A DNA stretch of 64,000 nucleotides, taken from positions 6,185-70,184 of the forward strand of contig NMRA01000885.1 of assembly GCA_002633005.1 (NCBI GenBank). Direction: 5' to 3'. This document shows positions 59,047 through 64,000 of the stretch, in pieces. The position numbers were made by a program, and so were the translations under genes. Below the pieces are notes generated by a model, which saw only the letters and a program-made list of their open reading frames with translations, did not search any database and was not told where the DNA came from. Positions within the stretch are counted from its first letter, which is position 1. Every line of letters starts with the position of its first letter. This stretch comes from Phoronis australis (lineage: Eukaryota > Animalia > Phoronida).

Positions 59047-59697
59047 TGTAACAGGAGTGCCCTGAACATGATTATGTAAGTAAGATATATGCGCCCTCTA
59101 GTGGTCAAGTTGTGTATTACGTATGGAATTTTCCTATGATGTTGAGTCCTTTGGACATGGCCAAATATGGTCAGAGCCTAGGAGCTATGGGCCTCGCCCT
59201 TCAGATCGTGTCTGATTGGTTGAAATTGTGTACTTAAGCTTTGTCTCTGTCAGACACGAGGAGTCCAGTCGCAGAGTTCAAGAAGCAAACATTTACACCT
59301 TCACTCACACCAAATTGCAACTGTTTGTGCAGCTTTCGGGCTCCTCCCGAACTTGGTTGCCAATAGTTTAGCCCCAGCAATTCTCGGGCTCCTCCCGAGC
59401 TTGATTGCATCTCACTTTTCGGATCTGAATAACCAAATTGCCCTGTTCTTGCACACACAACTATTAATCAGCGACTGGCTTGCCCGTGTATCAGAATGAC
59501 TGTATAAATCACAACGCTGCGATACTAAATCATTATTGGAACAACTGGATTGCTTGTAAGTGTGAAATATTGTAGTTAAATATTCTTACAATAAACCTAT
59601 GTATTATTCACCAACTTTTAGTTTTCAATATCACCCTCAGTCCGCACCGGGCTCGTAAAATCGGGGCGCATTGGTCGTAGATACCGCCCCCGTTACT
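59047..59697 (+). mobile_element. Solo LTR (651 bp)
   Basis: TGTAAC...GTTAC(T) ends. TSD TATTC at 59042-59046 and 59698-59702. TATA-like TATAAA at ~59503 and AATAAA at ~59590. Confidence 0.8.
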
Positions 59698-60074
59698 TAT
59701 TCAAACACCATCACCAGAAGAGAGAATACAGTGGCCACCTAGCTAGGCCCAGCAACAAGTGATGAAGCACAGAATGATAGTCAGTTACAGGGAGTGACAA
59801 TAAACCAGACCAACAATGACAACCTGTTGTGTGCCAGTTGCCTTGAGATTGTGCTTCCCCCTGCTGGTGTGGACAGCCTCACAATTTTAAGCTCCTTTGT
59901 TGTTTCTGCCTGGTCTATTATTGCAAAGTCATTGAAAGAGCACTGCTGATAACAATGATTGGAGCTCTGTTGATGAATATTTACTTGTGAACTTCTGTCC
60001 GAATTTACGGTATGTTCCCTGGTCCTGTTATTTTTAAATGGCGAACAGTTTCGTCAACATAAGTGGAGCCAGTG

Positions 60075-63000
60075 GCTAGTCTGGGAGGACAAGAGTTTAG
60101 TTTAAAATCGGACACAGCACTAATTTGGTCAAACCACTGAAGTCACCAACTTCCAACTTGAATAATTCAAGTAAGGGATAATAATAAATCATTGCCCGCG
60201 TTGGAATCATCCTTGAACTCCATTTGGTTCATTTCATTACCCAATGTAATTGGTAACAGTATTCACTGTCTTAAAAAAGCAAAACAGGATTCCATCCTAA
60301 ATATGGACCTAAGATGGCGCTGCATGTGGCCTTGATCATGATAGCGTTTGTACTCCGTAGGACTAGCATTTGTGCTTTTTCATTATAATTAATGTAAAAT
60401 ATTGGTAACATGTTTAGTATTTTGCTAACCAATCGTGTGGTCCATCTTGATCTTGTTTTGCAGTTTGTTACGATGGTAAGTCATTATTCATTTGGGAGTT
60501 GATGAATATGATGAAAGTAAAATCACACGATATTTTTATGGACGCTTTCCCTTTTTTCATGGTACTCTAAAGTGGTTTTCTGAGCTATTTAATATACTCC
60601 TGTCCATTTAATGTGTTAATTAATTATATGGGTTAGCAATTAAGACAGCTCAATACCTAGGTGATATTTTTGATGGTGACAGTCTTAATGTAACCTCTGT
60701 AAAGAGTGTCCACCAGACTCGGGTGTCATACCTGCCTCTATCTGCGAGCTAGTGGAGCACCTTGGCATAAATGTGCATGTATGTTGACATTCAAATACAG
60801 TGCGGAGTGCTGGATTAGATTTTCACACGGTCCACAAGCTATAACAAGTTTGGGGTCTGTCATCATTATCATTACCCCCTTCCTCCCAGTCAACTTTCGA
60901 TGGGCCCCTGTGACCGGATGAGATGGTCCCCCAATTTTTACTCTCCCAAATTGTCAATTGTCCAACTGCTCTCCCTCCATCACCATCGGTTGATGTGCCC
61001 CTGTGACAACGAGACAGGTCCCTATTTCACTTGAGGCCCTACTTGTAAGCTGTAGCTTATAGAGCTGCGCCAAATTGGTAAACTGACAGTGCAGGCAGGA
61101 CTCTGTGTTTAAGGCGACACTGAGCTCTACTTTGGCATTGTTCACCTCTTACAGATAGCTAACCTAATTTTACTTTTAGATACATTTTGTTTCAGCTTCG
61201 CCTTCTAGTTGCGGCGCTCGGCTAGGATCATCTTCTTCAAACCTGACTAAATATCATTGATACGGGAAGTTATTTCTATGGTGAAAGTTGTTAGTGCTTG
61301 ATTGACTGCTCAGTGCTAACAGGGTTTATATGTTGATCTTAATAAATAACAGAAATTTGATTGAAACTTCTGTCTTTTTCAACTTTTAGAGCACCTGTGG
61401 ACGATCGGCAGTCTCGCATGGGCGCAGTGTTGTGGGTTTTTTGTTCTAACGTAAACGTGATTCGTAGTTCACATTCAAACTAACCACTGGAATGAGTGGC
61501 TTTCTCAGTAGAAATACAATATATGTGTACGCCCGTCTGAGTTCAGGCCAGACGTAACAGTTTAATAAAATGGATTGGTCTTACCACAGGGTGTCTTCAG
61601 GACTACTTTAATTCTGCATGAAAGTGCTCACGTTTTGAGTTTGAGCTCTACAAGAGTGAAGTTACAAGTTTTGCAACACACCATTAAGCCATTTTCATGT
61701 TTTATTGAGGTTTGTGTAGTAGATGAAAAAGAATGCTACACGAAGTTTTGTTTGTTAAAGGGATGTTATCCGAGTCGTTTTGGAGGTCGATCAAAAAATT
61801 ATTTTTGGAGTTGTTGTTTTGATGATATTAAGTTTGACCAGATCTGTAAAATTAAATTCGTAGTATTTTAGTGATTATATTACGGATCTTTGTTTTTCAC
61901 CTGTGTCTGTCAGAAAAGTGTTGTAATCGGTAATGTTCGGATATACAGACATGGGATCCAGTTCAGGTTCGATTCCGCGATGGCACTCATCAGGTTACTT
62001 TCTTTGTCGTTGATGTCACTTAAGATATAAAAATTTTACAGGGTTTCAAAACTTCGACACAGTTTTGTTATCGGCGGAAAATCGTCTACGATATGGCGGT
62101 GATTTTCGTAGAATCTCCCAACAAATGGACCCCTTGTAATCTTGCTTATTCACACAAAGCCGTCCAACTATTTGAACGTCTGAGTTTGGAATAACATCGA
62201 AGGACTAGCGATTAACAAAGTAATTGTATGTATGGGAACCAGCTTACAGCCGAGTTTCAATCAGTGGTCGATGCATAGGAAAAGGGTCTCACTATTTCAT
62301 GTCTCCCGATCTGAAACTGATTTAATTCTAAAGGCCCGTACATGTAAAATGCGCAAATACTGAGAAGTCCAGGGTGTACACGGTAGGCAATCGGATCATA
62401 GCAAATGCGCAATTTTTAATTTGAAAGGCAGTGTTCTTAAAAAGTTGCCAGAAAAATGCTTAAATAAACATGTCCCACTTCCCATTTTTGGCGTCTCTTG
62501 CTGACTTTCATTTTCTGAAACTCCCCGCTATGGATCGATAATCAGATAATGAAACGTGGCTCTAGTATTGNACAAGTGTTGTAATCGGTAATGTTCGGAT
62601 ATACAGACATGGGATCCAGTTCAGGTTCGATTCCGCGATGGCACTCATCAGGTTACTTTCTTTGTCGTTGATGTCACTTAAGATATAAAAATTTTACAGG
62701 GTTTCAAAACTTCGACACAGTTTAGTATCGGCGGAAAATCGTCTACGATATGGCGGTGATTTTCGTAGAATCTCCCATCAAAAGGACCCCTTGTAATCTT
62801 GCTTATTCACACAAAGCCGTCCAACTAGTTGAACATTTGAGTTTGGAATACCATCGAAGGACTAGCGATTAACAAAGTAATTGTATGTATGGGAACCAGC
62901 TTACAGCCGAGTTTCAATCAGTGCTCGATGCATAGGAAAAGGGTCTCACTATTTCATGTCTCCCGATCTGAAACTGATTTAATTCTAAAGGCCCGTACAT

Positions 63001-63300
63001 GTAAAATGCGCAAATACTGAGAAGTCCAGGGCGTACAGTAGGCAATCGGATCATAGCAAATGCGCAATTTTTAATTTGAAAGGCAGTGTTCTTAGAAAGT
63101 TGCCAGAAAAATGCTTAAATAAACATGTCCCACTTCCCATTTTTTACTTCTCTTGCTGACTTTCATTTTCTGAAACTCCCCGCTATGGATCGATAATCAG
63201 ATAATGAAACGTGGCTCTAGTATTGTGTGAGGTCCGTGTACATTAATTCAGAGAATTTTCTGAATAACATAAAAATCCTTAGACTAGACCCATGCGTAAA
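60075..63300 (-). pseudogene. Decayed LRR-like coding block, copy 3
   Basis: ELFKLEVGDFSGLTKL at ~60121-60168. Homologous to 43840-44560 and 24720-26570. Confidence 0.5.
61912..63225. repeat. Near-identical direct duplication flanking the single N at 62571 (probable haplotype/assembly overlap)
   Basis: ~61915-62570 is repeated at 62572-63225 with a few differences. Confidence 0.85.
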
Positions 63301-63499
63301 CATGTGAGGAATCCGTTTTTGTACGAAAATTCCCAGTAGACTGAAAAAAAGTCCTTGTTGGCATATTAGTGGTAATGAGTTCAACATAGGATCTTGTACT
63401 GATATAGCAACAAATCAATGTCGCGCCCTCGGCCTCATTCCATCGACATCATGACCTTTTCATGTGTTAGTTTTTTATGAAAACTCGCGTAAAACACAG

Positions 63500-63890
63500 T
63501 CAAATATTTGTTTTCATTCAAAAACAAACATGAACTTTGAGCTACTTCGAAAATAGATGTCTGCGACAAATCTCCTGAAAAAATGGTCAGATAGAATAGC
63601 AAATGAAGAGATTTGGTGGAAAACTCAACATGAGAGTATAGCGCTAGAGACTCATTGCAAATAAATCGGCGAAAATGGAAGTGGGTTGGAATACCCTCAG
63701 CATCACAAAGCAGGCTCTGTCCTGAAATCCACAGGGAAGTCGAGTCGAACATGGAGACCAGTTCAGACCTGGAAGAGGACAATGGAAGCAGAACTTCTTG
63801 AAACTGGATACAACACACAGATGGCGATGGCGCTGAGTCAAAAATACCCTATTCACCACGGGTGGTAAGGGTTTTAAGTCAAGTAAGCTA
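63500..63890 (+). mobile_element. RTE-like LINE 3' fragment
   Basis: LQINRRKWKWVG..RPVQTWKRTMEAEL, followed by a TAAGTCAAGTAAG tail. Confidence 0.65.
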
Positions 63891-64000
63891 ACTCACGTTA
63901 CCTCATCCAAGTTTCCGGTAATCATGCAAATATACACACTGGGCCCTCAATCCCTCAAATTTGGGGCCCAATATCGGCCCTATTCCCCTCTCAATCATAT

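Overview
AT-rich, repeat-dense animal genomic DNA. The spliceosomal introns and domain content suggest a marine invertebrate (inference). Bases ~1-22,500 hold decayed LINEs, MITEs, CDKL5-like pseudo-exons, and a Penelope-like element carrying a young Ty3/Gypsy insertion (identical LTRs, 5-bp TSD). Bases ~22,800-63,300 are a tandemly duplicated minus-strand cluster of secreted, probably innate-immune genes. Hand splicing gives three gene models built from shared modules joined at phase-1 introns. Gene A is signal peptide + coiled-coil stalk + fibrinogen-related domain (FReD), open, 587 aa. Gene B is signal peptide + PAN/Apple + a paralogous FReD, open, 326 aa. Gene C is the same stalk/linker + an olfactomedin exon, with its stalk exon inverted and truncated. 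A shared CDKL5 exon remnant suggests gene A is a fusion of C's stalk and B's head, or that the B/C unit is one combinatorially spliced locus. Three copies of a decayed LRR-like sequence separate the units. All gene models are read by eye and have no expression support.
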